Shown here in pieces: positions 1 through 10,381 of a stretch of 64,000 nt of DNA; the first letter of the stretch is position 1; each line of letters begins with the position of its first letter. Under the pieces are notes generated by a model. That model ran no database searches. It was not told the DNA's origin and saw only the letters and a program-made list of their open reading frames with translations. The DNA comes from Candidatus Eiseniibacteriota bacterium (lineage in GTDB: Bacteria; Eisenbacteria; RBG-16-71-46): contig CAVQXP010000002.1 of assembly GCA_963717935.1 (NCBI GenBank), forward strand, positions 288,001-352,000, read 5' to 3'. The translations under genes and the position numbers were made by a program.

Positions 1-1
1 T

Positions 2-562
2 GTCGCGGCGGCGAGCCTGGCCGCCATGCTGGCCGGGCTGTTCGCGCCCGAGGCACTGGCCATCGTGGTGCCGCCCGCCTACGCGGGGGCGGCCGGACCC
101 GCCGCGTTCCTGGCCTTTGCCGCGGTCGCGCAGGGTGCCTACTATGTCGTTTCCGTCGGCATCGGGCTCGCCCTCAAGACCCCGCTGCTGGGCTGGTCGG
201 CCGGCGGCGCCGCGGTGATGGCTGCCGTCGCGAACCTGCTGCTCGCCCCGCGCCTGGGACCGCTGGGGGCGGGGATCGCCACCACGCTGGGCTACGTGAC
301 GTCGGCGTTGCTGGCGTACGTCGTCGCGCAGCGCGTGCATCCCGTGCCGTTCCGCGGCCTGCGCCTGGCCCTGACGTTCGCGCTGGCGCTGGCGCTCACG
401 GTGGCGGGGCAGTGGCTGGCGCCGCCGGGCGGGAGCGGAGTCGTGGTGAAGCTGCTGATCGCGCTGGTCTTCGCGGTCACGGTGTGGCGGCTCGGATTGT
501 TGCGGGACCGCGGGGCGGTGGCGCGCGCGAAGGACGCGCGCGAAGTCCCGGCCGGGACCTGA
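2..562 (+). CDS. Polysaccharide flippase (Wzx/MATE-like), C-terminal part, truncated at window edge
   Basis: Frame open from the window start; multiple TM helices; motifs VVPPAY, NLLLAPRLGPLGAGIAT typical of Polysacc_synt_C; first gene of a glycan operon. Confidence 0.8.
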   Translation, partial: VAAASLAAMLAGLFAPEALAIVVPPAYAGAAGPAAFLAFAAVAQGAYYVVSVGIGLALKTPLLGWSAGGAAVMAAVANLLLAPRLGPLGAGIATTLGYVTSALLAYVVAQRVHPVPFRGLRLALTFALALALTVAGQWLAPPGGSGVVVKLLIALVFAVTVWRLGLLRDRGAVARAKDAREVPAGT

Positions 563-581
563 GTCGAAAGGACACGGGAGC

Positions 582-2682
582 ATGTGCGGGATCGCGGGAC
601 TCTGGGACCGGGACGGGCGCGCCGACCTCGGCCGGCTGCACCTGATGTCGGGGCTGATGCGCCACCGCGGTCCCGACGACGAGGGCACGGTGCTCCTCGA
701 TCCGGCGGGTGGCTTCGCCTGCCTCGGCGGGGCCGACACGCCGCGCGAGGTGTTCACGAGTGGCCTGCCCTTCGCGCCCGGTGCGAGGCGGCTCCACCCG
801 GGACGCCGCGAGCTTCACCGTCGGTCTGCTCCACCGCCGGCTCTCGATCGTGGACCTGAGCCCCTCCGGGCACCAGCCGATGTGCGACCCCGCAGGCCGG
901 CACTGGATCGTCTTCAACGGCGAGGTCTACAACTTCGTCGAGTTGCGCCACGAGCTCGAGGGCCTGGGCGAGACGTTCCACGGCACCAGCGACACCGAGG
1001 TGATCCTCGCCGCCTACCGGCGCTGGGGCCGCGAGTGCCTCGCGCGCTTCAACGGCATGTTCGCCCTGGCACTCTGGGACGGCGAGCGGCGCGAGCTGTT
1101 CTGCGCCCGCGACCGCTTCGGCGTGAAACCGTTCTACTTCCAGTGGGACGGGCGGCGCTTCGCCTTCGCCTCGGAGCCCGAGGCGCTGGCGCTCACGCAG
1201 GAGCGCCGCGTCGCGCCGCGGCTCGAGGCCATCCGGGACCTGCTGGCGCTCGACTGGGTGGACCACGATGCCCGCACGTTCTTCGAGGGGCTCATGAGCC
1301 TGCCGGCGGCGCACCACCTCGTGGTGGGGGAGCGTGGCCTTGCGGTCGAACGCTGGTGGTCGCTGAAGCCGGGGCGTGCGCCCGGAGACGGCGGGCAGCA
1401 GACGCGCGAGTTCGCGCGGCTCTTCACCGACGCCGTGCGCCTGCGGCTGCGCGCGGACGTCGAGGTGGGTTCGTGCCTCTCGGGCGGGCTCGATTCGAGC
1501 GCGGTCGTGACCACCGCCTCGCGGCTGCTGCCGCACCCGATGCACGCCTTCACCTGCGCCTACGACGAGGGCCCGGAGTTCGACGAGCGCGCCTGGATGC
1601 GCGCGACCGTCGAGGCGAGCGGCGCGCACTCGCACGTGGTCGTGCCGGACGGTGGGGATTTCTGGGCGACGTTCGACCGCCTCGGGGCGCGCCAGGGCGA
1701 GCCCACGGCCGGGCCGGGGCTCTTCTCGCAGTGGAAGGTGATGGAGCTGGCGCACGCGCACGGGCTCAAGGTGCTGCTCGACGGCCAGGGTGGCGACGAG
1801 ACGCTGGCGGGCTACTTCCGCTACCTGCCGGTGCGGCTGCACGACCTGGTCGCGCGTGGCGACCTGGCGGGCTTCCTGCGCCTGCTGCCGAAGGTGGCGC
1901 GCCGCCTCGGTCCGAGCACGACGCTCGCGCTGACGTTCGAGCCCTGGCTGCCCCCGGGGCTGATCGCTCCGCTGCGGCGCCGCTTCGGACAGGGCAAGGA
2001 CCGGGTGCTCACGCGCGCTCTCCGGGGGCTGCCCCGGCCGGATCTCCCGCGGCCGCCGCGCGGCTTCCCGAGCGCGCTCTCACGCCAGCTCGCCTTCGAC
2101 ACGCTGCAGCGGCTGCTGCCCTCGCTGCTGCGCTACGAGGACCGCGATTCGATGGCCTTCTCGATCGAGACGCGGCTGCCCTTCCTCGACTACCGGCTGG
2201 TCGAATTCGCCTTCTCGCTGCCCGACGCGATGCGACTCGATGGCGACGTGACCAAGGCCGTGCTGAGACGTGCGCTGGCCGACCGCATCCCTCCCGCGGT
2301 GCTGGCGCGGCGCGACAAGAAGGGCTTCGAGACCCCCGTCGACCTGTGGCTGCGCGGGCGCTACGCCGGCGAGGCGCGCCGCCGCCTGCTGACCCCCGGG
2401 CCGCTGCACGAGTGGCTGGACCGCGACGTGCTCGCCGCCGAGCTCGGAGACTTCCTCGCGGGACGCAGGGCCACCGGGCTGCAGGTCTGGCGCTGGCTCT
2501 CGCTCGAGGCCTGGGCGCGGCGCTGGGTGGCCGGCGACCCGCGGCTCGGTCTGCCGCCCGAGGTCGAGGTGCACGCGGGCGCGCACCGCTCCTACGTGGA
2601 GCGGGCCCGTGAGCTGCGGCCGGCCGTGCGCGGCCCGAGGCGCGGGAGCGCCGCCAGGGGCATGGGCCCGGGGGTGGCCTGA
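582..2682 (+). CDS. asnB: Asparagine synthase (glutamine-hydrolysing)-like amidotransferase, one frameshift near 785
   Basis: N-terminal MCGIAG and RHRGPDDEG in ORF 582; HRRLSIVDL, FNGEVYN, RDRFGVKP, LSGGLDSS, DGQGGDE, ETRLPFLD in ORF 709..2682. Confidence 0.9.
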
Positions 2683-3830
2683 TGGACCTGCTCGTCCTCT
2701 CCGAGGTGCGCTGGGGCTACTTCCGCACCCGGAAGCAGTTCCTGCTGTCGCGCTTCCCGGAGCGCTGGCGCGTGTTCTTCGCGCAGCCCCCGGCGGTCCG
2801 GGGCGATGACCCCTGGGAGCCGCGGCGGGAGGGGAACGTCACCTATTTCACCGTCCCGTTCCTCAAGCCGGGCACCACGAGCCCGCTCTACAACGGGGTG
2901 GCGTCCCTGGCGCCGGGGCGGGCGCTGATCGAGGCGGCGGCCGGCCGGTACCTGGGTCGCATGCTGCGGCGCCTCGGGGTCGAGCCCCGGCCGGTGGTGA
3001 TGACCTCGAACATCTACTGCGCCCGCATCCTTTCACGGCTCCCACGGAAGTTGCTATTCTACGACTTCAACGATTCTCCGTTTCAGTTCGCCGCAGCCCC
3101 GGCCTGGGCCCGCGGTTACTGGCAGCGCACCCTGGCCGAAGTGGACGCCCTCTTCGTGGTCTCCGAGTACTACCGGCGCGAGTTGAGCAGCCAGACGGAC
3201 CGGCCCCTGGTCCTGCTGGGGAACGGGGTCGAGCACGCCCGCTTCGCCGCGTCGCGCGAGGTGCCGCCCGAGCTGGCCGCCCTGCCGCGCCCGCGCATCG
3301 GCTACCTGGGGCTGCTCTCGCACTTCCTCGATTTCGAGCTGCTTGAGGCGCTGCGCCGCGCGCGACGCGGGGGCACGCTCGTGCTCGTCGGCCCGGGCGA
3401 CCCGGCGACCGACGCGCAGGTGCGCGCCCTCGCCGCGCGCGAGGGCGTGGCCCTGCTGGGACCCAGACCCTACGAAGACGTGCCGGCCTGGCTGCAGGGG
3501 CTCGATCTGGGCGTGATCCCCTTCCGCGCCGCACTGCCGCACGTGCAGGGCATCAACCCGAACAAGGTCTACCAGTACCTGGCGGCGGGACTGCCGGTCG
3601 TCACCACGCCGGTGCTCGACCTCGAGCCCGCGCCGCCGCGGTTGCAGTTCGCCGCCAGCGCCCCGGAGTGGGAGCAGGCGGTCGCGCGGGCGCTGGACGC
3701 GCCGCGCGACCCTGGCGCGAGCCGGCGGCTCGCGCTCCCGTTCGACTGGGACCGTCTGGCCGGCCGCATGGTCGATGAGATCGAACGGCGAGTGGCAAGC
3801 CCGGCCGGGGGCCGGGCCCCGCAGCCCTGA
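2682..3830 (+). CDS. Glycosyltransferase, GT4/TuaH-like
   Basis: LGNGVE, PRPRIGYLG, GINPNKVYQYLAAGLPVV; TGATG coupling to asnB. Confidence 0.85.
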   Translation: MDLLVLSEVRWGYFRTRKQFLLSRFPERWRVFFAQPPAVRGDDPWEPRREGNVTYFTVPFLKPGTTSPLYNGVASLAPGRALIEAAAGRYLGRMLRRLGVEPRPVVMTSNIYCARILSRLPRKLLFYDFNDSPFQFAAAPAWARGYWQRTLAEVDALFVVSEYYRRELSSQTDRPLVLLGNGVEHARFAASREVPPELAALPRPRIGYLGLLSHFLDFELLEALRRARRGGTLVLVGPGDPATDAQVRALAAREGVALLGPRPYEDVPAWLQGLDLGVIPFRAALPHVQGINPNKVYQYLAAGLPVVTTPVLDLEPAPPRLQFAASAPEWEQAVARALDAPRDPGASRRLALPFDWDRLAGRMVDEIERRVASPAGGRAPQP

Positions 3831-3864
3831 GGCGCTTTCGTCCACCACCATCCACGGGGAGAGC

Positions 3865-6357
3865 ATGACCGACCGCAAGTCCGCCCGCCGTGATGTCCAG
3901 AAATCCGCGCGTCCCGCGGCCCCCAGGGCCGGGCGCCCCTTCACCCTGACCGCCCGGTGGGCGGCCGTCATCCTGGGCCTGCTGACGGTCGTGTTCTTCC
4001 ACCAGTTGGTGCTCGACGGCAAGACGTTCGTCTCGCCCGATGCCATGAACCCGGTCGGCTTCGTGCGGATCGGCGAGCAGTCGCTCTACCAGGAACACGT
4101 CTACCCGCTCTGGAATCCCTACGTGTTCCTCGGCATGCCCTCGTTCGCAAGCGGCGCGTACAACCCGCTCATCTACCCGCCCGACTGGCCGCTGACACTC
4201 GTCCACAAGGTGGTGCCGCTGCCGGACATGACCTGGATGCTCCTCTACTACTTCCTGGGCGGCCTGTTCATGTTCTACCTGGCCCGCGAGCTGGGGGCCC
4301 GCGCCGAGGGGGCGCTGCTGGCCGCCGTGGCCTTCGTCTTCGCCCCCAATCTGGTGGCCGTGGGCTCCCACGGTCACGGCAGCCAGCTGGTGGACTCGGC
4401 CTACCTGCCGCTGATGCTGTGGCTGACCGTGCGCTGGCTGAGACGCGGCGGGTTGCATCACCTGGCCTGGCTCGCGCTGGCCGGCGGCTTCCAGCTGCTC
4501 CGGGCGCACGTGCAGATCTGCTTCTACACCTGGATCGCCATCGCGCTCTACCTCGTGGTCGAGTGGGTGGCGGCGCTCGTGAAGCGGCGCGGCGACCTGC
4601 TGCCACTCACGCTCCGCGCAGCCGGCATCGCCCTGGCCGCGGGGCTCGCCTTCGGCATCGCGGGTTTCTACAACCTGCCGCTGCAGGACTACGCGCGCTA
4701 CTCGATCCGCGGGGGCGGAGCAGGCGGCGGCGTCGGCATGGATTACGCGACGGCCTGGTCCATGGCGCCCTACGAGCTGCCCTCGCTCCTGGTGCCGGGC
4801 TGGGCGGGCTTCGGCGGCGCGACCTACTGGGGCGGGATGCCCTTCACCGATTACCCGAACATCTATCTCGGCGTCGTGGCCGTGCTGCTCGCCATCCCGG
4901 CGTTCCTCGCCGGTGGCGCGCCCCGCGTCTTCGCGCTGGTGCTGGCCGGGCTCTCGCTCGTCGTCGCCTTCGGGCGCTACTTCCCAGTCTACGGCTTCCT
5001 CTACGACCACCTGCCGCTCTTCAACAAGTTCCGCGTGCCGGTGATGGTCATCCTCCTGTTCCAGCTGGCGGTCGCGCTCGGCACGGCCTGGGGCTGGAGC
5101 GCGATCCTGCCGGGCGGTGACCCCGGGGTGGCCGAGCCGCGCGTGCGGGCGCGCCGCGTCGGGAACGTGCTCATCGTGCTCGCGAGCGTGCTGGCGCTGG
5201 CGCTGGTGGTGGGCGTGATGGGGCAGGGCCTGTGGCGCGAGGCGTACATCAAGATGGCGCTGGCCCTGAAGGGCGGCATGGTGATGGGCTCGTCCCGGGG
5301 ACCCACGAGCTTCTCGGCCCAGGACGCCGCGGTCGCCTGGCAGGGCTTCGTCTCGGGTCTCGGGCGCGCCTGCCTGCTGGGATTGCTCGCCGTCGGCGTG
5401 GCGTGGTTCGCGCGCCGGGGCCGGCTCCCGGCGCTGGTCGCCACGGGCGGAGTGCTCGTGCTGCTGCTCTTCGAGTTGTGGCCGGTGAGCGCGCGCGTGA
5501 TGGAGCCGACCATCGGGGAGGTGAGCCGGCGCACGCTGTACGGCAGGCGCGACGGCGTGATCGAGTTCCTGGAGAAGGTCGGGCCGCCGGGCACGTTCCG
5601 CATCCTGACGCCCGATGATCCGCTCGCCACCCGCTTCGCCGGCTACGGCATCTCGTCGATCGGCGGCATGCATGCGGCCAAGCCGCGGCTCTTCCAGGAC
5701 TTCGCCGACCTGGGCGCGCAGATGAACCTGGACTTCATGCGCCTGTTGAACGTGCGCTACCTGGTGACCGAGCGGGAGCTTCCGAACGCGCCGCGCTTCG
5801 TCCATCTCGTGTACGGGGAAGGCGGCATGTTCGTCTACGACAACACCTCGGCCCTGCCGCGCGCGACGCTGGTGGACCACTACGAGGTGATCCAGCCGGC
5901 GAAGGCCATCCTCGACTCGATCCGCTTCGGCACGCGCAACATGGCGGATTTCTCCTACCTCGAGCAGGACCCCGGCCTCGAGCTCGGGCCCACCGCGGGC
6001 GGGCAGGTACGGATCGCCTCGTACCGGCTGAACGACGTGACGGTGGAGGTGGAGACCCCCGGCCCCGCGCTGCTCCGGCTCGCGGATCTCTGGTACCCGG
6101 ACTGGACCGCGCGGGTGGACGGCAAGCTCACGCCGATCCTCAAGGCCGACTACCTGCTGCGCGCCGTGCACGTCCCGGCCGGGCGGCACCGCGTCGAGTT
6201 CCGCTTCGAGTCGCCGGCCATGATGCGGGGGCTGCTGCTGTCGCTCCTGAGCCTGCTGGTGGTGCTGGGCGGGCTCGCCTGGTCGTGGTGGAGGGGGCGG
6301 GGGCCGGGGGCCGCGGGCAGGGTGGCGCGGCCTGAGGCCCGCGAGGAGGTCGCGTAA
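3865..6357 (+). CDS. YfhO-family membrane protein (GT-C-like)
   Basis: YPLWNPYVFLGMP, many TM helices, C-terminal WYPDWTARVDG...VPAGRHRVEFRF typical of YfhO; ATG 3865 after GGGGAG. Confidence 0.85.
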   Translation: MTDRKSARRDVQKSARPAAPRAGRPFTLTARWAAVILGLLTVVFFHQLVLDGKTFVSPDAMNPVGFVRIGEQSLYQEHVYPLWNPYVFLGMPSFASGAYNPLIYPPDWPLTLVHKVVPLPDMTWMLLYYFLGGLFMFYLARELGARAEGALLAAVAFVFAPNLVAVGSHGHGSQLVDSAYLPLMLWLTVRWLRRGGLHHLAWLALAGGFQLLRAHVQICFYTWIAIALYLVVEWVAALVKRRGDLLPLTLRAAGIALAAGLAFGIAGFYNLPLQDYARYSIRGGGAGGGVGMDYATAWSMAPYELPSLLVPGWAGFGGATYWGGMPFTDYPNIYLGVVAVLLAIPAFLAGGAPRVFALVLAGLSLVVAFGRYFPVYGFLYDHLPLFNKFRVPVMVILLFQLAVALGTAWGWSAILPGGDPGVAEPRVRARRVGNVLIVLASVLALALVVGVMGQGLWREAYIKMALALKGGMVMGSSRGPTSFSAQDAAVAWQGFVSGLGRACLLGLLAVGVAWFARRGRLPALVATGGVLVLLLFELWPVSARVMEPTIGEVSRRTLYGRRDGVIEFLEKVGPPGTFRILTPDDPLATRFAGYGISSIGGMHAAKPRLFQDFADLGAQMNLDFMRLLNVRYLVTERELPNAPRFVHLVYGEGGMFVYDNTSALPRATLVDHYEVIQPAKAILDSIRFGTRNMADFSYLEQDPGLELGPTAGGQVRIASYRLNDVTVEVETPGPALLRLADLWYPDWTARVDGKLTPILKADYLLRAVHVPAGRHRVEFRFESPAMMRGLLLSLLSLLVVLGGLAWSWWRGRGPGAAGRVARPEAREEVA

Positions 6358-6358
6358 G

Positions 6359-7078
6359 GTGGAGAAGCTGGTCATCATCCCGACCTACAACGAGCGCGAG
6401 AACATCGGCGAGATGCTCGGGCGCCTGCTCGGGTTGTCGTGCGCGGTGGACGTGCTCGTGGTGGACGACGGTTCGCCCGATGGCACGGCCGACGTGGTCC
6501 GGGCGTGGATGGAGAACGAGCCGCGCATCCACCTGCTCGAGCGCCCGGGCAAGCTCGGCCTGGGCTCGGCCTACCGGGACGGCTTCCGCTACGCGCTCGA
6601 GCACGGGGCCGAGTTCATCTTCGAGATGGACGCCGATTTCTCGCACGACCCGGCCGTCATCCCGCGGTTCCTCGAGGCCGCCAGGGACGCGGACCTGGTC
6701 CTGGGCTCCCGCTACCTCGACGGCAAGGTCACGGTGGTGAACTGGCCGCTCGACCGCCTCATCCTCTCGTACCTGGCGAACCTCTACAGCCGGGTCATCA
6801 CCGGCCTGCCGGTGTACGACGCGACCGGCGGGTTCAAGTGCTTCCGCCGCAGGGCGCTCGAGGCCGTCAGGCTCGACAGGGTCGCCTCCGACGGCTACGC
6901 TTTCCAGATCGAGATGAGCTTCAAGTGCTGGAAGAAGGGGTTCCGCATCCGCGAGATCCCCATCATCTTCACGGATCGCCGCGCCGGCGTGTCCAAGATG
7001 AACCGGCGCATCATCTGGGAAGCCGTGGGCCTGGTGTGGCGCCTGCGCTTCTCGTCCATGCTCGGTCGCGTCGAATGA
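6359..7078 (+). CDS. Polyprenol monophosphomannose synthase (GT2, DPM1/Ppm1-like)
   Basis: IIPTYNEREN, VDDGSPDGT, EMDADFSHDP, DATGGFKCFR. Confidence 0.9.
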   Translation: MEKLVIIPTYNERENIGEMLGRLLGLSCAVDVLVVDDGSPDGTADVVRAWMENEPRIHLLERPGKLGLGSAYRDGFRYALEHGAEFIFEMDADFSHDPAVIPRFLEAARDADLVLGSRYLDGKVTVVNWPLDRLILSYLANLYSRVITGLPVYDATGGFKCFRRRALEAVRLDRVASDGYAFQIEMSFKCWKKGFRIREIPIIFTDRRAGVSKMNRRIIWEAVGLVWRLRFSSMLGRVE

Positions 7079-9345
7079 GGTCCATGCCCCCCGGCTCGAG
7101 GCCCGTCCTGCTCGGTTTCGCCCTCCTGCTGGCGGTCGTGTCGTTCCCGGCGGCCGCCGCAGCGGGCGCGTGGACGACCTACCTGCGAGCCCAGATCTAC
7201 AGCGATCTCGTGGCGCGGCACGACACCATCTGGTGCGCATCGCTCGATGGCGGCCTGCTGCGTTACGTGTCGGCGGCGGACCGGTTCGAGAGCATCGCCC
7301 GCGAGCCGGGCGGGCTCGCGAGCCAGGCGCTCACCGCCGTCGAGTTCGACCGCGCGGGCCGGCTCTGGGTGGGGACCCGCGATCAGGGCGTGAGCCTGCT
7401 GAGCGCGGACGGCGCGCGCTGGGACCTGATCAGCGAGCTCGATGGCCTGCCCCGCGGTGCGGTCCACGTGCTGCGCGCGGTGGGCGACACGATGCTCATC
7501 GGGACCGAGTACGGCGTGGCGCTGTGGAACGGCAGCGAGATCGCCGGGGCGGTCCCCGAGGGCGTGAACCCCTCGCCGTTCGCGAGCGACGCGATCAGCG
7601 GCGTGGTGCTGCGCGGCGACTCGCTCTGGGTCTCGACCGGGAAGGGCCTCTACGTGAGCCAGGTCTCCACCGGGCTCTCGTCCTGGGTCCTGGCCGACGA
7701 CGCGTTCGCGAACACGGCGCTGCTCGCGCTGGCCTGGGACGGCAGCACGTTGATGACCGTGGCGGGCGGCGTGCCACTGGTCTTCGACGCGGCGGGCGGG
7801 ACCTGGACCTCGAGGGATGACATCGGGATCGTGCTGGCTCTGTCCGACGACCGTGGCGTGATCCTCGCAAGCAGCGTCCAGGGCGTCTTCCGCTGGGATG
7901 GCGCGGACTGGGTCTCGATCCCGGGCGCCCCGACGTCGTCCTCCTGCCCGGTCGAACAGACCTCGAATTGCCGCGGCATCGTCGTGGCGACCACGGACGA
8001 GACCGGGCGGTGGTGGATCGCGGACCGCGCCGGGCTCGCGGATCGGGCGGGAGCGGTCTGGACACTCCATGTGCCCGACGCTCCGGTCGGCAACAACGTC
8101 CAGAACATCGTGCTGCAGGGCTCGCGTGTCTACATCGCGACCTTCTTCGAGGGCGTGGGCCGCTTCGACGGCACGCGCTGGAGGAACTGGTTCGTGACCG
8201 ATTGCGGCAGCGGCTGCGACACCACCTTCCTCTCTTCGGCGTACGCCTTCAGCCTGCTCGTGGACCAGCAGGGGAGGAAGTGGGTCGGCAACTGGAGCTC
8301 GGCCATGGAGTCGTTCGACGACGACGTGTCCCCGCCGCTGTTCACGCACTACCAGCCCGACGATTCACTGGGTCTGGAGAAACACACGTTCGGCTGGGCC
8401 GCGGACTTCGACGCGAGCGGCGGCCGGTGGTTCGGCATGAGCACCAACGAGCTCGGCGAGGACCCCACGCCGATCGGGATCGAGTACTACGACTCGTCTG
8501 GCGTCTACCGGGCCAACTACCGGCCGCAGAACACGCCCGCGATGCCCTCCAGCTACGTGCGCGCCCTGCTCGTGGACCGACGGCATGAGAAGCTCTGGGT
8601 CGGTTACCGGGGGAAGGGCGTGACGGTCTTCGACCTGCCGGATACGGCCGGCGGGGCGCTCGCGGTGCTGGGCAGCACGGGCCTGAGCGCAATCAACACG
8701 CTCGACATCTTCGGGATCGCCGCGCACAACGACTCGATCTGGGTGATGTCCACCGACGATCTGCGCCGGTTCCACGCCCCGACCCTGCTGCAGGTCGGCG
8801 CGGCCCTGCCGATCGTCGGGAGCCCGGCCCCGCGCGGGGCCTGCCACCCGCTGGACGTCGGCCCCGACGGCACGGTCTGGGTGGGGACCGACGCCGGTGT
8901 GCACGCGTACGTCCGCGACGGTGGCGTCGTCGAGTACAACGTGCTCAATTCACCGCTCGCCGGGGACGAGGTGCGCGCGATTCGCGTGGACCCGGTGACC
9001 GGCGTGGTCTGGATCGGCACGGCGACGGGGCTCAGCCGCTTCGATCCGGGCTATGTGCCCCCCGCGCCGCCCGAGTTGCCGACGCTCGAGGTCCGCGTGT
9101 ACCCGAACCCGGCGTGGTTGACGGGCGCGGGCCTCACGCTGCGCCTGGCCGGCAACGCCACCGCGTACCGGGGCGCCGTGTATGACGCGAGCGGCCGGAA
9201 GCTGCACGGCTTCGACGGGCGGAACGGGCAGGTGTTCTGGGACGGCCGTGACGCCTCGGGCCGTCTCGTGCATCCGGGCGTGTACTTCGTCCGTGTCGAG
9301 TCGAGCGGCCACGCGCGGACACTGCGCGTGGCGCTGCTGCGCTAG
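7075..9345 (+). CDS. PorZ-like secreted beta-propeller protein with T9SS/FlgD-type C-terminal domain
   Basis: Signal peptide; repeated W(V/I)GT propeller blades; NSPLAGDEVRAIRVDPVTGVVWIGT; C-terminal VYPNP...YDASGR...WDGRD..G..VHPGVYF...VALLR; 756 aa. Confidence 0.7.
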   Translation: MRSMPPGSRPVLLGFALLLAVVSFPAAAAAGAWTTYLRAQIYSDLVARHDTIWCASLDGGLLRYVSAADRFESIAREPGGLASQALTAVEFDRAGRLWVGTRDQGVSLLSADGARWDLISELDGLPRGAVHVLRAVGDTMLIGTEYGVALWNGSEIAGAVPEGVNPSPFASDAISGVVLRGDSLWVSTGKGLYVSQVSTGLSSWVLADDAFANTALLALAWDGSTLMTVAGGVPLVFDAAGGTWTSRDDIGIVLALSDDRGVILASSVQGVFRWDGADWVSIPGAPTSSSCPVEQTSNCRGIVVATTDETGRWWIADRAGLADRAGAVWTLHVPDAPVGNNVQNIVLQGSRVYIATFFEGVGRFDGTRWRNWFVTDCGSGCDTTFLSSAYAFSLLVDQQGRKWVGNWSSAMESFDDDVSPPLFTHYQPDDSLGLEKHTFGWAADFDASGGRWFGMSTNELGEDPTPIGIEYYDSSGVYRANYRPQNTPAMPSSYVRALLVDRRHEKLWVGYRGKGVTVFDLPDTAGGALAVLGSTGLSAINTLDIFGIAAHNDSIWVMSTDDLRRFHAPTLLQVGAALPIVGSPAPRGACHPLDVGPDGTVWVGTDAGVHAYVRDGGVVEYNVLNSPLAGDEVRAIRVDPVTGVVWIGTATGLSRFDPGYVPPAPPELPTLEVRVYPNPAWLTGAGLTLRLAGNATAYRGAVYDASGRKLHGFDGRNGQVFWDGRDASGRLVHPGVYFVRVESSGHARTLRVALLR

Positions 9346-9349
9346 GAAC

Positions 9350-10381
9350 GTGGAGGCCGCCCTCCGCATTCTCGACGGACCACCGGCGGGGTGGAGCGAC
9401 CTGCTCGTGACCGCCCCCGCCGCCACGCCCTCGCACCGTCCCGCGCTCTGGGCGGCCCTGGCCGCGGTGCTTCCGGGCCTGGACGTGCGTTGTCTCGCGA
9501 TCGAGGCCGACGGCGCGCTCGCCGGCGGCATGCCCGTGCTGGTCGAGCGGCGCGCCGGCTTCCACACCCTCCACGCCCTGCCCTTCCTGCTCTCGGGCGC
9601 CCCGCTGGCCCGGGCGGGCGCGCATGCCGCCGTGGACGCAGCCGCGGCCGCGGGCCTGCGAGCGCTCCAGTGCGAGTTGCGAGCGATGGGCGGCGAATGG
9701 GCGCTCTACCGGCCCGGGGAGCCGCCGGTGGCGCAGAGCGCGCTCGAAGCGGTGACGGGGCGGACGCGCTGGCTCGAGGCCGCGCTCGTGGCCCTCGCGG
9801 ACGGGCTCGAGGCCGCATGGGCGCGCGTGGACCGCAGGTCGCGCCAGGAGATCCGCCAGGCGGGCGAGCGGCTCGTCTGCGCGCAGGAGCCGGACGCGCT
9901 CGAAGAGGCCTACGCGCTGCACGTCGCGCAGTCGCGCGCCTGGCGCACGCACCGGCCGCTCCCGCTCGAGTTGTCGCGGCGGTTGCTCGCGGACGCCGGG
10001 GACGGCCTCGGCCCGGTGGCGCGGTTGTTCACCGCGCGGCATCGGGGGACTCTCGTGTGCGCGACCCTGGTGCTGGACCACCCGCGCGAGGCGATGCCCT
10101 GGTGGAGCGGGGCGGACCGGGAGGCCCGGCGCCTGCACGCGTTCCCGCGCCTGCTCTGGTCGGTGATCGAATGGGCGCACCGTGCGGGGCGCGCGCGCGT
10201 CAACCTCGGGGCGAGCGGGGACCTGGAATCGGTGTCGGCGTTCAAGGACTCGCTCGGCGCGCGGATGGAGCGCTACCCGGTGCGCTGGCTCGACGCGGCG
10301 GGCGCTTCCGCGGCCGGCCGCGCGATGGCGGCGCTCCAGCGGAGCGTGCGCACGGCCCGGTCGCGGGGAGAGGGCCCGTGA
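9350..10381 (+). CDS. GNAT-family (FemAB/CelD-like) acyltransferase
   Basis: RKxxRQ-like RRSRQEIRQA, LLWSVIEWA...VNLGAS...SAFKDSLGA; GTG start after AGGA. Confidence 0.75.
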   Translation: MEAALRILDGPPAGWSDLLVTAPAATPSHRPALWAALAAVLPGLDVRCLAIEADGALAGGMPVLVERRAGFHTLHALPFLLSGAPLARAGAHAAVDAAAAAGLRALQCELRAMGGEWALYRPGEPPVAQSALEAVTGRTRWLEAALVALADGLEAAWARVDRRSRQEIRQAGERLVCAQEPDALEEAYALHVAQSRAWRTHRPLPLELSRRLLADAGDGLGPVARLFTARHRGTLVCATLVLDHPREAMPWWSGADREARRLHAFPRLLWSVIEWAHRAGRARVNLGASGDLESVSAFKDSLGARMERYPVRWLDAAGASAAGRAMAALQRSVRTARSRGEGP